Assembly (NCBI GenBank): GCA_027451585.1
Contig: DAIDIZ010000024.1
Location: 1-55,957 of the forward strand
Direction of reading: 5' to 3'
DNA length: 55,957 bases
DNA from: Chlamydiota bacterium
GTDB taxonomy: Bacteria > Chlamydiota > Chlamydiia > Chlamydiales > SM23-39
Shown here: positions 28,424-37,638 of the stretch, piece by piece
How the letters are laid out: the number at the start of each line of letters is the position of its first letter
Position numbering within the stretch: position 1 is the stretch's first letter
Position numbers and translations under genes: made by a program
Notes under the pieces: generated by a model
Seen by the model: the letters and a program-made list of their open reading frames with translations, nothing else
Told to the model about the DNA's origin: nothing
Databases searched by the model: none

Positions 28424-30082
28424 TCATCTGATAAATGGTATCACTCCATTTTTGACCGATTCAAAAAGTTCTCGATTATCCGAGTAATCAATTGGGATTT
28501 CGATGATGACCGGACCTGTGAGTGCAAGAGCTTTTTTGAATGTATCAAAGAGTTGATCGCTGTGGGTGACACGGATTGCGTGAGCTCCGAAACTCATCGC
28601 AAAGCGGACGAGATCGACAGATCCAAAATGAACCACCGCATCTCCTTTGCATTGGATCATTTGCTGTTCTTGGACCGTGTTGTAGGCATTATCGCACCAC
28701 ACAAAGTGGATGAAGTGCATTTTTTCTCTGACGGCGGTTTCGAGTTCAGCTGCTGAAAAAAGAAAGCTGCCATCTCCAGAAATTGAGATTACCTTTTTCC
28801 CTGGCCTAACAAGAGATGCTCCCATTGCCCAGGGAAGAGCCACGCCAAGTGTTTGCTGTCCATGGCTACAGAGGAGTTGATGCGGTTGGTAAGAAAGAAA
28901 GTAGCGGGCGATCCATAAGTAGTGAGTTCCTACATCGGAGATCACTGTCGTATCATCATCGACAAAAACTCGCAAGTCATGCAAAAACCGGAGCGGATGA
29001 ATTTTCTCTCCATTGAAAGAGGCTGCCTTACTGAATTTCATTTGTAGATCGGTTTGCAGTTTCTTTACAAGAAAGGGCATCGCAGATGTCTTTTTGGGTG
29101 CTAGCTTGGTTTCTAAAAATCGAATGTTGGAGGCGATATCTCCAAGTACTTCTGTGTAAGGAATATAGGTTGATTGTACGCGAGGGGGTAGGTAATGGAT
29201 ATGGATGATCTTTTTGGATTTTCCTGTATACCATAGTTCTGGATCATATTCGGAAGGGCTAAAACCGATGGTGACGATCACGTCAGCTGATTCGAGCAAT
29301 TCATCACCTGGTTGATTTTTAAACAGTCCCACCCTTCCGACGAAACAATCGGTCAAGTCACGTGATAAGACACCTGCACCTTGATAGGTACAGACGACAG
29401 CTGTGGGTATTTTATGGAGTAGAGAGCGGATTGCTTTGGTGTTTTCGAGTCGGGTGGCTTCCAGTCCGAGTAAAAGGACAGGGTTAGAGGCTTCATTGAT
29501 GAGTTTTGCTGCCTGTTGTAAAGAAGCCTCAGACCCGGGACCAAATGTAATCGGGAGCGCCAAGTCCTTGCAGTGAAGAGATGTTGTTTCTTGGAGAACG
29601 TCTTGAGGAATACTGAGGAAAACGGCCCCTGCTTGAGGTGTCATTGCAGTTCGGAATGCATTTTCAATCGCTTGCGGGATACTCTCCACAGTACCGATCT
29701 CTTCGCTTCGTTTGGTAACAAGTTCTGTAAGCTTCAGATGATCGACGCCCTGCTTGTCTTTCCTGTATCGAGGGGCGCTTGCTCCGATTGCAATAACAGG
29801 ATCTCCCTCTTTTGTAGCAGTGAGAAGTCCCGTGATGAGATTGGAAACCTCTGATCCAGCATTGACAAGAACCATACCTGGGGTGCCTGTGATTCTCCCG
29901 CAGGCGGTAGCCAAAAAAATGGCGTTTTGCTCGTGACGGCAGACAATCACTTTAATCGACATCCCCAGAAATGCATCGAACAGAGCATCGATTTTGGCGC
30001 CAGGAATGCCGAAAACATACTGGATTTTATGTCGTACAAGGCATTCGGCCAGGAGCTGAGCTCCGGTGATCTTTTTGTCCAT
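28424..30082 (-). CDS. alsS: Catabolic-type acetolactate synthase (TPP enzyme)
   Basis: FGIPGAKID, RHEQNA, GQQTLGVALPWA and GDGSFLFS..ELETAVR. Confidence 0.85.
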   Translation of the reverse strand: MDKKITGAQLLAECLVRHKIQYVFGIPGAKIDALFDAFLGMSIKVIVCRHEQNAIFLATACGRITGTPGMVLVNAGSEVSNLITGLLTATKEGDPVIAIGASAPRYRKDKQGVDHLKLTELVTKRSEEIGTVESIPQAIENAFRTAMTPQAGAVFLSIPQDVLQETTSLHCKDLALPITFGPGSEASLQQAAKLINEASNPVLLLGLEATRLENTKAIRSLLHKIPTAVVCTYQGAGVLSRDLTDCFVGRVGLFKNQPGDELLESADVIVTIGFSPSEYDPELWYTGKSKKIIHIHYLPPRVQSTYIPYTEVLGDIASNIRFLETKLAPKKTSAMPFLVKKLQTDLQMKFSKAASFNGEKIHPLRFLHDLRVFVDDDTTVISDVGTHYLWIARYFLSYQPHQLLCSHGQQTLGVALPWAMGASLVRPGKKVISISGDGSFLFSAAELETAVREKMHFIHFVWCDNAYNTVQEQQMIQCKGDAVVHFGSVDLVRFAMSFGAHAIRVTHSDQLFDTFKKALALTGPVIIEIPIDYSDNRELFESVKNGVIPFIR

Positions 30083-30117
30083 ATGAGAGTTCTTTTAAGA
30101 GAAGAAAGAAATTTTGT

Positions 30118-31695
30118 CTACTCTTCGGGGCGCATGATGGGAAAGAAGAGAATGTCGCGAATCGACCCGGCTCCTGTAAAGAGCATGACCAGACGATCGA
30201 TCCCAAAACCAATCCCTCCTGTTGGGGGCATCCCTTGGCAAATTGCTTCGATGAATTCTTCGTCGAGAGGTGAAGCCTCTTCATTCCCCTTTTCCCTCTG
30301 TTCAGCTTGTTCCACAAGAAGCTGCCTCTGGAGCTCCGGATCGTTGAGCTCTGAGTACGAATTGCACATCTCCCGACCCAAGATGAAGCTCTCAAATCGT
30401 TCGACAAGCCTCTCTTTGCGTAAAAGAGGGTCGCGGTGCAATTTACAAAGGGGAGTGGTTTCGATCGGGTGGTCTATGATATGGTGGGGTTGAATCAGAT
30501 GAGGCTCTGCTAATTCTCCAAAGAGCATGGCAATGAGATGGCCTCGAGAAGCTTTATCGATTTCTTTCGGGATCAACGGAGTCTCTTTTTTTAGGAGGAC
30601 TCTCATTTCTTCATCAGAGAGAGCATCCACGTCGATATGAACATATTCTTTGATCGCTTGTTTCATGGAGAGTCGTTTCCAAGGAGCTTTGAGATCGATC
30701 ACTTGGGCAACACTTTCTTCAGGGGAAGTGATCCGGACCTTGGTATCTCCAAACAGATCGAGAGCGATCGTCTCAAAGAGACGCTCAGCAAAGACCATCA
30801 TGTCTTCATAGTCCCATCCTGCTGCATAGGCCTCGAGCATTGTGAACTCGGGGTTGTGCGTTTTGTCAATCCCCTCATTGCGGAACACTTTGCCGATTTC
30901 GAAAATTTTCTCCATTCCGCCCACGATCAACTTTTTCAAAGAAATTTCAAGAGCGATTCGAAGGTATAGGTCTTGGTGATGGGCGTTGAGATGGGTGGTG
31001 AACGGTTTTGCCGCAGCGCCTCCGTAGAGATTTTGTAAAATTGGAGTTTCTACCTCCTCAAATCCCGCTTCATGGAAATAATTTCGGATTATAAATAAAA
31101 TCCGAGACCGGAGTCGGAATTTCTCCAACGAGGAGGCGTCGGTGATCAGGTCGAGCCAGCGTTTCCGATACCGAACACCTTTGTCGGCAAGGCCGCTGTG
31201 CTTGTCGGGAAGCGGTAGTAACGATTTGCAGAGAAGCGTGACCCTTTTTGCGAAAAGGGTCAATTCCCCTTTTTGGGTCCGAAAGAGGTTCCCTTCAACA
31301 GCTACAATGTCGCCTAGATCAATCTTTTTTTCGATGAATTTTAAAGCGGACAGTTCCGGTGTTTCGGAAAGGCCAGCCACTTTTGTCTGGTCCCGATTGA
31401 ACATGACCTGGAGCCTGCCGGTTTCGTCTTGGAGATGTCCAAAAGCGTTTTTTCCCATAGCTCGGAATAAGACGAGCCGTCCCGAAATGACTGCAGGTGG
31501 TGTATTGCCTGCTGCAGCATCATCGCTATGACCTAATTCTTTCCCTTCATAGTCAAGCGAGATTTGGAGCGTTTTTTGCGACGCGAGCCCCTTCGGGGGA
31601 TAGGGATCTATACCAAGCTCTCTAATCTCCTCGAGCTTACGGGTCCTGTTCAGAAATTCTTCATGGGAATGGTATTCAGGCGTATGCATAAGCAT
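30118..31695 (-). CDS. lysS: Lysine-tRNA ligase (class II)
   Basis: OB fold, LYLRIA, FRNEG...THNPEF and GMPPTGGIGFGIDRL. Confidence 0.98.
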   Translation of the reverse strand: MLMHTPEYHSHEEFLNRTRKLEEIRELGIDPYPPKGLASQKTLQISLDYEGKELGHSDDAAAGNTPPAVISGRLVLFRAMGKNAFGHLQDETGRLQVMFNRDQTKVAGLSETPELSALKFIEKKIDLGDIVAVEGNLFRTQKGELTLFAKRVTLLCKSLLPLPDKHSGLADKGVRYRKRWLDLITDASSLEKFRLRSRILFIIRNYFHEAGFEEVETPILQNLYGGAAAKPFTTHLNAHHQDLYLRIALEISLKKLIVGGMEKIFEIGKVFRNEGIDKTHNPEFTMLEAYAAGWDYEDMMVFAERLFETIALDLFGDTKVRITSPEESVAQVIDLKAPWKRLSMKQAIKEYVHIDVDALSDEEMRVLLKKETPLIPKEIDKASRGHLIAMLFGELAEPHLIQPHHIIDHPIETTPLCKLHRDPLLRKERLVERFESFILGREMCNSYSELNDPELQRQLLVEQAEQREKGNEEASPLDEEFIEAICQGMPPTGGIGFGIDRLVMLFTGAGSIRDILFFPIMRPEE

Positions 31696-31803
31696 CTATC
31701 GTAATTTTTCCTTTTCTTTTTGTACATCGAAAAATTCTAAAAATTTTTGTTCTCAAAATTATGGATAAGGGGTTAAGATTTTGTAAAAATTTTTTGAGGA
31801 CCT

Positions 31804-33345
31804 ATGATAAACAGTCCCCGTTCTTCTTGTTATGAAGTATCTAAAAGAGTTGCGGGGATGGCTTCTTATGCGATCCTTACAGACGAAGCTCTTTCGGAAA
31901 TTAAGAAAGCTCTTGATCTGCTAGAAAATCTTTCTCTTCAAATTGAAAGAGGAAAAGTCTCTCCGAATAAGGAGATGCTTTTTAGAAAAAGAAGGGAGGT
32001 TACGTTAGATTGGAGCAACTTAAAGGCAATTGCGATGAAAGGAAGTGAGATCGGGAATCTCCCTTCGATGCGCATCAGAATGGAGGTTTGTAAAAGAGCA
32101 GAGATGTTTGGTCATAAAGCAGAAGAATTGACGAGGGTAAGTAATGCGGCTATTTCTGTACAACAACGTCTTCAAAAGAATTCAAGAAAGATCGCAAGAA
32201 GATTGCAGACAGTTAGACTGTTGGCTCAAGAAGTTGATGATCAGTTGATGAAGAGTGGTAACGTCTTCCAAGAGAACAGGCCTGTTGTTAGCTTAGAAAA
32301 AAAAGAAGAGGGAGCGCTTCAGTATGTTATTGATTGTGCAACGGGAACTGAACCGATTCCAAAAGGAGCCAATGACATTGTCGAGCTTGTTCGAAAAAGG
32401 AGCTCTCCTGAAAATCGTCCCTCTTCTTTGCCTCATGTCGATCCGATCGGTTCAGAATTTATCCCTTCGATGCAAAGCCCTCTCAATAGGATTTTGGTTT
32501 CCGTCAATTCAGATAAAATCATTCCTTCTCATTGGGATGAGGCAGCCGCTCTTTTTATGACCCCTGACAAGCCGAGCAGGCTCCAAGTGCCTCTAGAAAA
32601 TTACCTAAAATCAGGATTGACTCCCCCTCGGTCCCCAAGTCCTGAACCTAGAAGTCTCTGCTTGGGTGACGGTAGTCCAGGACCTGCATCAGAAGCTTCT
32701 ACAAGTCCCGAAAAAAGACTTTCAAAAACCGAAAGAGCGTCTCTTTCACAGGAACCGCATGCAGAATACGGATCGATCGCCCCTCCTAAGGAATCCTCTT
32801 CTCCACCCGAATCGGCAGGACATCTTTTTGAAACGATGTCTACTGAAGTGGCCGATTTGGAGCAGAATATTTCAGATTTAGTTGGTGAACTTAAAAAAAA
32901 TAGAGAGGCAAGAGGAGGGGCTCTATTTAAAGCTGCATTTGAACATGCAGCTCGTAGGTATTTGGAGCTGAATCGTTATCTCTCTGAAAAGAAGTCAGCA
33001 GTGGCCAATTGGGAGACTGCCTACAAAGACGCGAGGGATCAATTTGTGAGGAGAGAGGATATAGAGAACCTGGCTCACCTCGGGTTCCAAGTCGATTCGA
33101 TGGATTCGTTCCGGATTAGGGTAGAAGAGGCTGTGGTTCGGATCCCTCGTTGGAAAGAAAAATGTAAAGCTTTTTCTGAATCGTTGAGCCGGTTGCGTAG
33201 TAAGTTGTCCTTCGCGTTCTTCGTCTTGGCAAGAGTTGAGGGAAAAGCGAAGTGGTATGAACGTTTCTCTTGGTGCGCAGGGGATTCTTATTTGGAGGCC
33301 GCTCTTGAAGACATTCGGGAAGGGTCTCTGCGCCCCCTCGATTAA
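31804..33345 (+). CDS. Hypothetical helical protein, effector-like, paralog 1 of 3
   Basis: GAGG RBS, 513 aa, Ser/Pro-rich centre, C-terminal LGFQV...LSFAFFVLARVEG. Confidence 0.75.
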   Translation: MINSPRSSCYEVSKRVAGMASYAILTDEALSEIKKALDLLENLSLQIERGKVSPNKEMLFRKRREVTLDWSNLKAIAMKGSEIGNLPSMRIRMEVCKRAEMFGHKAEELTRVSNAAISVQQRLQKNSRKIARRLQTVRLLAQEVDDQLMKSGNVFQENRPVVSLEKKEEGALQYVIDCATGTEPIPKGANDIVELVRKRSSPENRPSSLPHVDPIGSEFIPSMQSPLNRILVSVNSDKIIPSHWDEAAALFMTPDKPSRLQVPLENYLKSGLTPPRSPSPEPRSLCLGDGSPGPASEASTSPEKRLSKTERASLSQEPHAEYGSIAPPKESSSPPESAGHLFETMSTEVADLEQNISDLVGELKKNREARGGALFKAAFEHAARRYLELNRYLSEKKSAVANWETAYKDARDQFVRREDIENLAHLGFQVDSMDSFRIRVEEAVVRIPRWKEKCKAFSESLSRLRSKLSFAFFVLARVEGKAKWYERFSWCAGDSYLEAALEDIREGSLRPLD

Positions 33346-33427
33346 GAATGGTAAATTTTTTCTTGAATAAAATGATGAAGGGTTTGTAAAGTGTTAGATA
33401 AAAATTTGTTGGCAAGGAGATAAATGT

Positions 33428-34735
33428 ATGGGATTACAAGTGCAACGCCCGAATTGGCCTCCTCAGTTGAGGGACAATTATGGCTCCTCTCTTTTGGATG
33501 GAATGAAAATGATCGAAACAGTCCAGGAGATATGTGCTGACGCAAGCAGATTAGAGAATCCTCAGGAGCCATCTCCGGATCGGAGCGGTTGGCCAATGAA
33601 GCTCAGTGTAAAGGGAGGGAGTCTTGTTTCTCGTCCCGGTTATCCCAAAATATTGGTAAAAGCGGTTGCGGAATTCGCAGAGAAAATCTTCGAAGATCTT
33701 CCGCCAAATCTTTCCCTTTCTCAACAACAATATCGGGCTTTAGTTCTGGTCGGTTATTCGGAGCAACAAGTTGCTGATGCTTGCAATTCCTACAATATCT
33801 CTAGAGGAACTCTTTGGGGTAAATTACAAGAGATAGGAACGATTTTCCACAATCAATTAGGTCAAAACGAGAAGCCTCAGAAGGAACTCCCCCCTGTTTT
33901 GGTTCAATTTGAATACCAAGATCCTTTGCCAAATTTTTCCGATTCGGAGGATAGAAGGGTCTCTGGTTTGGGCCCCCTTTCCTGTGTATTAAGAGAGAAA
34001 ACTCCCCCGCCTAATGGAGCTCTTTTCTTATATCCCTCTGATTGGGATTTTACAGACGCTCCTGTCAAAGGCTCTCTAGAACAAAGGAGTGTATCTCCTG
34101 ATGCAAAAGGACCGATCGATCCTGAATTTTCTAAGAAGCAGTCAGAATTGGTGGGTGCAAAGGCGGCGCTGGATCTCCAAGAAAGCGTAATAATAAAAAT
34201 TGCGAGCAATCTGAGGAGCTTGGCCAATGGCATTTTAAAAGGGGATAAAAAGGATTTGGATCTTTTAAAAGGTCAACTTGAGAGAGAATCAATAGGCGGG
34301 AGTACCCAGTATAAAGACTTCTCGGCGAGGATTAAGGAGGCTGTCAGTCTCTGTAAGCTGAATCAGGAGCTCTTTTCTCTTCGAGAACCTTGTCTTTTCT
34401 CTCCAGAAAAGCTCAATCATCTTCGAGGTCTTGGCTTTTCTGTGGAGAGACTTAAAGCTCTTCATCTTGAGTGGCAATCTTTTGATATCAATATGCGAAA
34501 TATGGGATTTTCTCTGAAGAGCGCTCCTGATGCATTAGCTTGTCTTGGTGATGCTCTCCATTTTGCCCGCTTTGTTTTAGCGAGGATTAATGGTGAGACG
34601 TCTGCTCCTTATTGGTGGTGGAGTCGCTTCAATTATTTTATTCCTCCCGACCAGATTACAGAGGAAAATAAGCCTGAGAATCAAACTTCTCAACGGTCCT
34701 GGTGGGGATATTTCTATGGTAAAAAAACAGTTTAA
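33428..34735 (+). CDS. Hypothetical helical protein, effector-like, paralog 2 of 3
   Basis: AAGGAG RBS, 435 aa, LGFSV...LHFARFVLARING. Confidence 0.75.
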   Translation: MGLQVQRPNWPPQLRDNYGSSLLDGMKMIETVQEICADASRLENPQEPSPDRSGWPMKLSVKGGSLVSRPGYPKILVKAVAEFAEKIFEDLPPNLSLSQQQYRALVLVGYSEQQVADACNSYNISRGTLWGKLQEIGTIFHNQLGQNEKPQKELPPVLVQFEYQDPLPNFSDSEDRRVSGLGPLSCVLREKTPPPNGALFLYPSDWDFTDAPVKGSLEQRSVSPDAKGPIDPEFSKKQSELVGAKAALDLQESVIIKIASNLRSLANGILKGDKKDLDLLKGQLERESIGGSTQYKDFSARIKEAVSLCKLNQELFSLREPCLFSPEKLNHLRGLGFSVERLKALHLEWQSFDINMRNMGFSLKSAPDALACLGDALHFARFVLARINGETSAPYWWWSRFNYFIPPDQITEENKPENQTSQRSWWGYFYGKKTV

Positions 34736-34744
34736 GGAGAATTT

Positions 34745-36235
34745 ATGACTCAGTCTGCTCAAGCTTTGCCACCTTCTATCTTACAATCTGAAAGGGGCTC
34801 CGCTTCCAGGGGACAGTTAGATTATGGACGCAAAGCGATCTCCTGTACAGGTGCTATGGATGAAGAGATGGATGGTCTTGTCGGAGTGACTTTTAATTTA
34901 TACAAAACAGAGTTAGATGGGTGGAAGCTTGATCAAGAATCGAATCGTTATACTCGGGCTGAGTATGAAAGAAAACAAACGGAGCTTAGAAGCAGAGTTG
35001 CAGAGATCTCAAACAACGAAAACGAAAGGGTTGATACAATAGTTCGATACGCAGACAACGTTTTTAGGGAACTACAAGGAATACCGGCCATTTCTTCTCA
35101 GACAATGTGGGTGGTTGGTCATTTCGGTATCAATCCAATGGATTTGCGGAGGGCTGAAAAAGCTCTCAAAAAGGAAGCTGAGAACATTCGTAAACAAAAA
35201 GAATCTCTCGAGAATTTATATAGAAGATGTCGTGAGCAGAGTCGGCGTACGGCTGCTTGTATAAGAGGGGACAATCCTCTCAAAGAAGATAGCTGGTTTG
35301 ATCGGGTGAGTTCTTGGTGGACTACCCGGACCGCAAAAGACGATGTTCCTCCACAATCGGATAGGGTGAGAAATCATGTAGAAAAAACTGTTGAAAGATT
35401 TGCCGGTCAGCGCATGGATGCTGTAGCTGAAGATTCCACGGTTCCCTCATTTGATCGATGCGTTGCGTTTTTGCTTGCTAGAGATGATGAGGGTAAAAAT
35501 TCCATTTCCGGTGGCAATCGGCTTCTGACTCGAGCGTCTCCTCATCCTGAACCGTTGAAGCTTTCAGGTAACACTCCTCCTCCGACTCCTGAAGAAAACG
35601 ACTTTTTTGTGATCGTTGAGAACGACCCAAAGATTCCGTGGAAAGAAGCCAATACCCAATTGGAGCGGTTTGTTTCTTCCTCAATTCCATTTGGATGTGC
35701 AATAAAGAAAGAAATATCTTTTGCCAAGACTGTGTGCATAGAGATAAAAAATCTTATTGATCCTTACATTAAAAAACGTCGATCAGCACAATTGATTACT
35801 GCTGTAGAAGTAGATTCGACGAAGAGGTTATTGGATGGATGTATTAAACAATACAGAGAGTTAAGAGATTCTTGTGAAAAAAATAAGAAAGATTTCTCTT
35901 TAATGAATGGTTTGTATAGGGATTTATTGCCGTTACAGGTTTCTTCTCCTCAAGATTTGGAAACAATTGAGGCATTGAATTTCCCGGTTGCAGATATTCG
36001 AACAGTGCAAAAAACCTTAAAGCTCGCGGGAGAGGAAGTGAAACTCCGAGAAGGCCTTATTGTCGATCAATCCTCTCAGGTTGATCTTGTAGCGAAGGCT
36101 TTAGAGGACGCGCTTCAAGTTGTAGATGTCAAGGAAGAAACTACACGATATTGGCCTTCTTGGAACTCTCAACCTGAATATCCTCGCTTAAAAGCAAGGA
36201 TACAAGAGCAAGAAAAGATAGAAGAAGATCTATAG
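34745..36235 (+). CDS. Hypothetical helical protein, effector-like, paralog 3 of 3
   Basis: AAGGAG RBS, 496 aa, LNFPV...LEDALQVV. Confidence 0.75.
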   Translation: MTQSAQALPPSILQSERGSASRGQLDYGRKAISCTGAMDEEMDGLVGVTFNLYKTELDGWKLDQESNRYTRAEYERKQTELRSRVAEISNNENERVDTIVRYADNVFRELQGIPAISSQTMWVVGHFGINPMDLRRAEKALKKEAENIRKQKESLENLYRRCREQSRRTAACIRGDNPLKEDSWFDRVSSWWTTRTAKDDVPPQSDRVRNHVEKTVERFAGQRMDAVAEDSTVPSFDRCVAFLLARDDEGKNSISGGNRLLTRASPHPEPLKLSGNTPPPTPEENDFFVIVENDPKIPWKEANTQLERFVSSSIPFGCAIKKEISFAKTVCIEIKNLIDPYIKKRRSAQLITAVEVDSTKRLLDGCIKQYRELRDSCEKNKKDFSLMNGLYRDLLPLQVSSPQDLETIEALNFPVADIRTVQKTLKLAGEEVKLREGLIVDQSSQVDLVAKALEDALQVVDVKEETTRYWPSWNSQPEYPRLKARIQEQEKIEEDL

Positions 36236-37213
36236 ATCGAGAATCTGAAAACTGATCAGATGGATGTCTTCTTTCATTGGTTTTTTCTTTAAGAGAAAGG
36301 AGATCTCTTTCTGGACCATTTTCATAACCGTGTCTAGTCCATCTTGAGCAAATACGTTGAGAACCTTCGAGAGGAGGTTCTCAATTTCATACACGTGCTT
36401 ATAAAGGTGAAGTAGTCCTTCGTTATAAAGAAAAAAGAAATCACCAGGTTCAATCGGTTCGCTTGTTAGGGAAAATCGATTGCCTGATGGAGGCGCGAAG
36501 TTTCTCTTTTTCATTGAAAAAAGAAAGGGGTGAATCGGCCCTTGGGAAGATAGGGTCTTGGCTCCTGGATCGAGAATCATTGTTGTAGGTGGTTTCCCTT
36601 TTTTGGACTGGAGGAGCTGATACATTCCTTCGAAGCCAGCTTCTTCTGCTTCAGTCAGTAGAATGGCAAACTGCTCTCCTTTATTTTTCGGAAAATCGAG
36701 GAGAATTCCCCGAGGGTTATCGGAGAAAAGGGTGATATTCTTGATAGCGACTGTCTCGGTCCTGCATTCGTCGATATTCTTCTGGAGCATGAGGTGTTGA
36801 AGCATCATGGCGCATTCGTATTCGCCGTAACTCCTCTCTCGCAATAGGGCATTTTCTTTCAGGCGGTTGATGTTTTCATGGAGGCACTCGCTCATGATAT
36901 TGAGTGTATTGGAAAGCTCCTCTATTTCCTTGGGACCGTCTGAGGGGATGACGGCACCGTATTGACCGGCGGCAAGGGCGAGCGCTGAATTATTCAATTT
37001 TTGGATGGGGCGAGAGATTTTATTGGCGATCATGAAGAGGGTGAGGATCATCACGAGGAGCGTGAAGGCGGCTCCTAGGAGGATGAGTATGAGGCGGTCG
37101 GTCGTCGGATGGGGGTCTTGGTACCAACCGTAAGAAAGAAGGAGGGAGGTGAGAATCACGCTTCCGATGAGAGTTGGGAGAAGGAAAAGGAGGAGACGGG
37201 TCCGGATTTTCAT
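36230..37213 (-). CDS. Membrane HAMP-domain protein with degenerate SpoIIE/PP2C-like domain
   Basis: Two TM helices, ISRPIQKL...EIEELSNTLN.M (HAMP), PGDFFFLYNEGL and EDIHLI. Start placed at the ATGA overlap. Confidence 0.75.
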   Translation of the reverse strand: MKIRTRLLLFLLPTLIGSVILTSLLLSYGWYQDPHPTTDRLILILLGAAFTLLVMILTLFMIANKISRPIQKLNNSALALAAGQYGAVIPSDGPKEIEELSNTLNIMSECLHENINRLKENALLRERSYGEYECAMMLQHLMLQKNIDECRTETVAIKNITLFSDNPRGILLDFPKNKGEQFAILLTEAEEAGFEGMYQLLQSKKGKPPTTMILDPGAKTLSSQGPIHPFLFSMKKRNFAPPSGNRFSLTSEPIEPGDFFFLYNEGLLHLYKHVYEIENLLSKVLNVFAQDGLDTVMKMVQKEISFLLKKKPMKEDIHLISFQILDL

Positions 37214-37638
37214 GGAGAGTTTCCTCGAAAGCGGCAGGGGAGTTCTTGGGAATAGGTGTGGAGAAGGGCGACGGCAACAGAGGGGCATTCAGAGATGATC
37301 GAAAGGAGGTGGCTTCGCGAGAGAGTGAAAAGAAGGGTGTCGGTTTTGCAGGAGGCGAGATAGGCTCTCGGTTGTTCATTGAAAAGGGATTCGTCGCCGA
37401 AATAGCCTCGAGAGGAAATCTCTGAGAGGAGTTTCCCCTTTTCGTCGAAGATTTCCACTTGTCCGCTGACGATGAAATAGATCCGGTTGCCTACCTGCCC
37501 GAATGCGAAGATCTTTTCTCCAGCATCGTAATCATCTTCTTGAATTTTCTCAGCAATAGCAAGCAATAGCTCGAGCTCAAGTTCGTTGAAGAGGCGCAGT
37601 TTTTTAAGAAAAAAGGCTTTTTCAATGAGGCTTTTCAT
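37210..37638 (-). CDS. Cyclic-nucleotide-binding domain protein (CT235-like)
   Basis: GEKIF..G, IYFIVSGQVEI and FGDESLF...PR. Confidence 0.9.
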   Translation of the reverse strand: MKSLIEKAFFLKKLRLFNELELELLLAIAEKIQEDDYDAGEKIFAFGQVGNRIYFIVSGQVEIFDEKGKLLSEISSRGYFGDESLFNEQPRAYLASCKTDTLLFTLSRSHLLSIISECPSVAVALLHTYSQELPCRFRGNSP

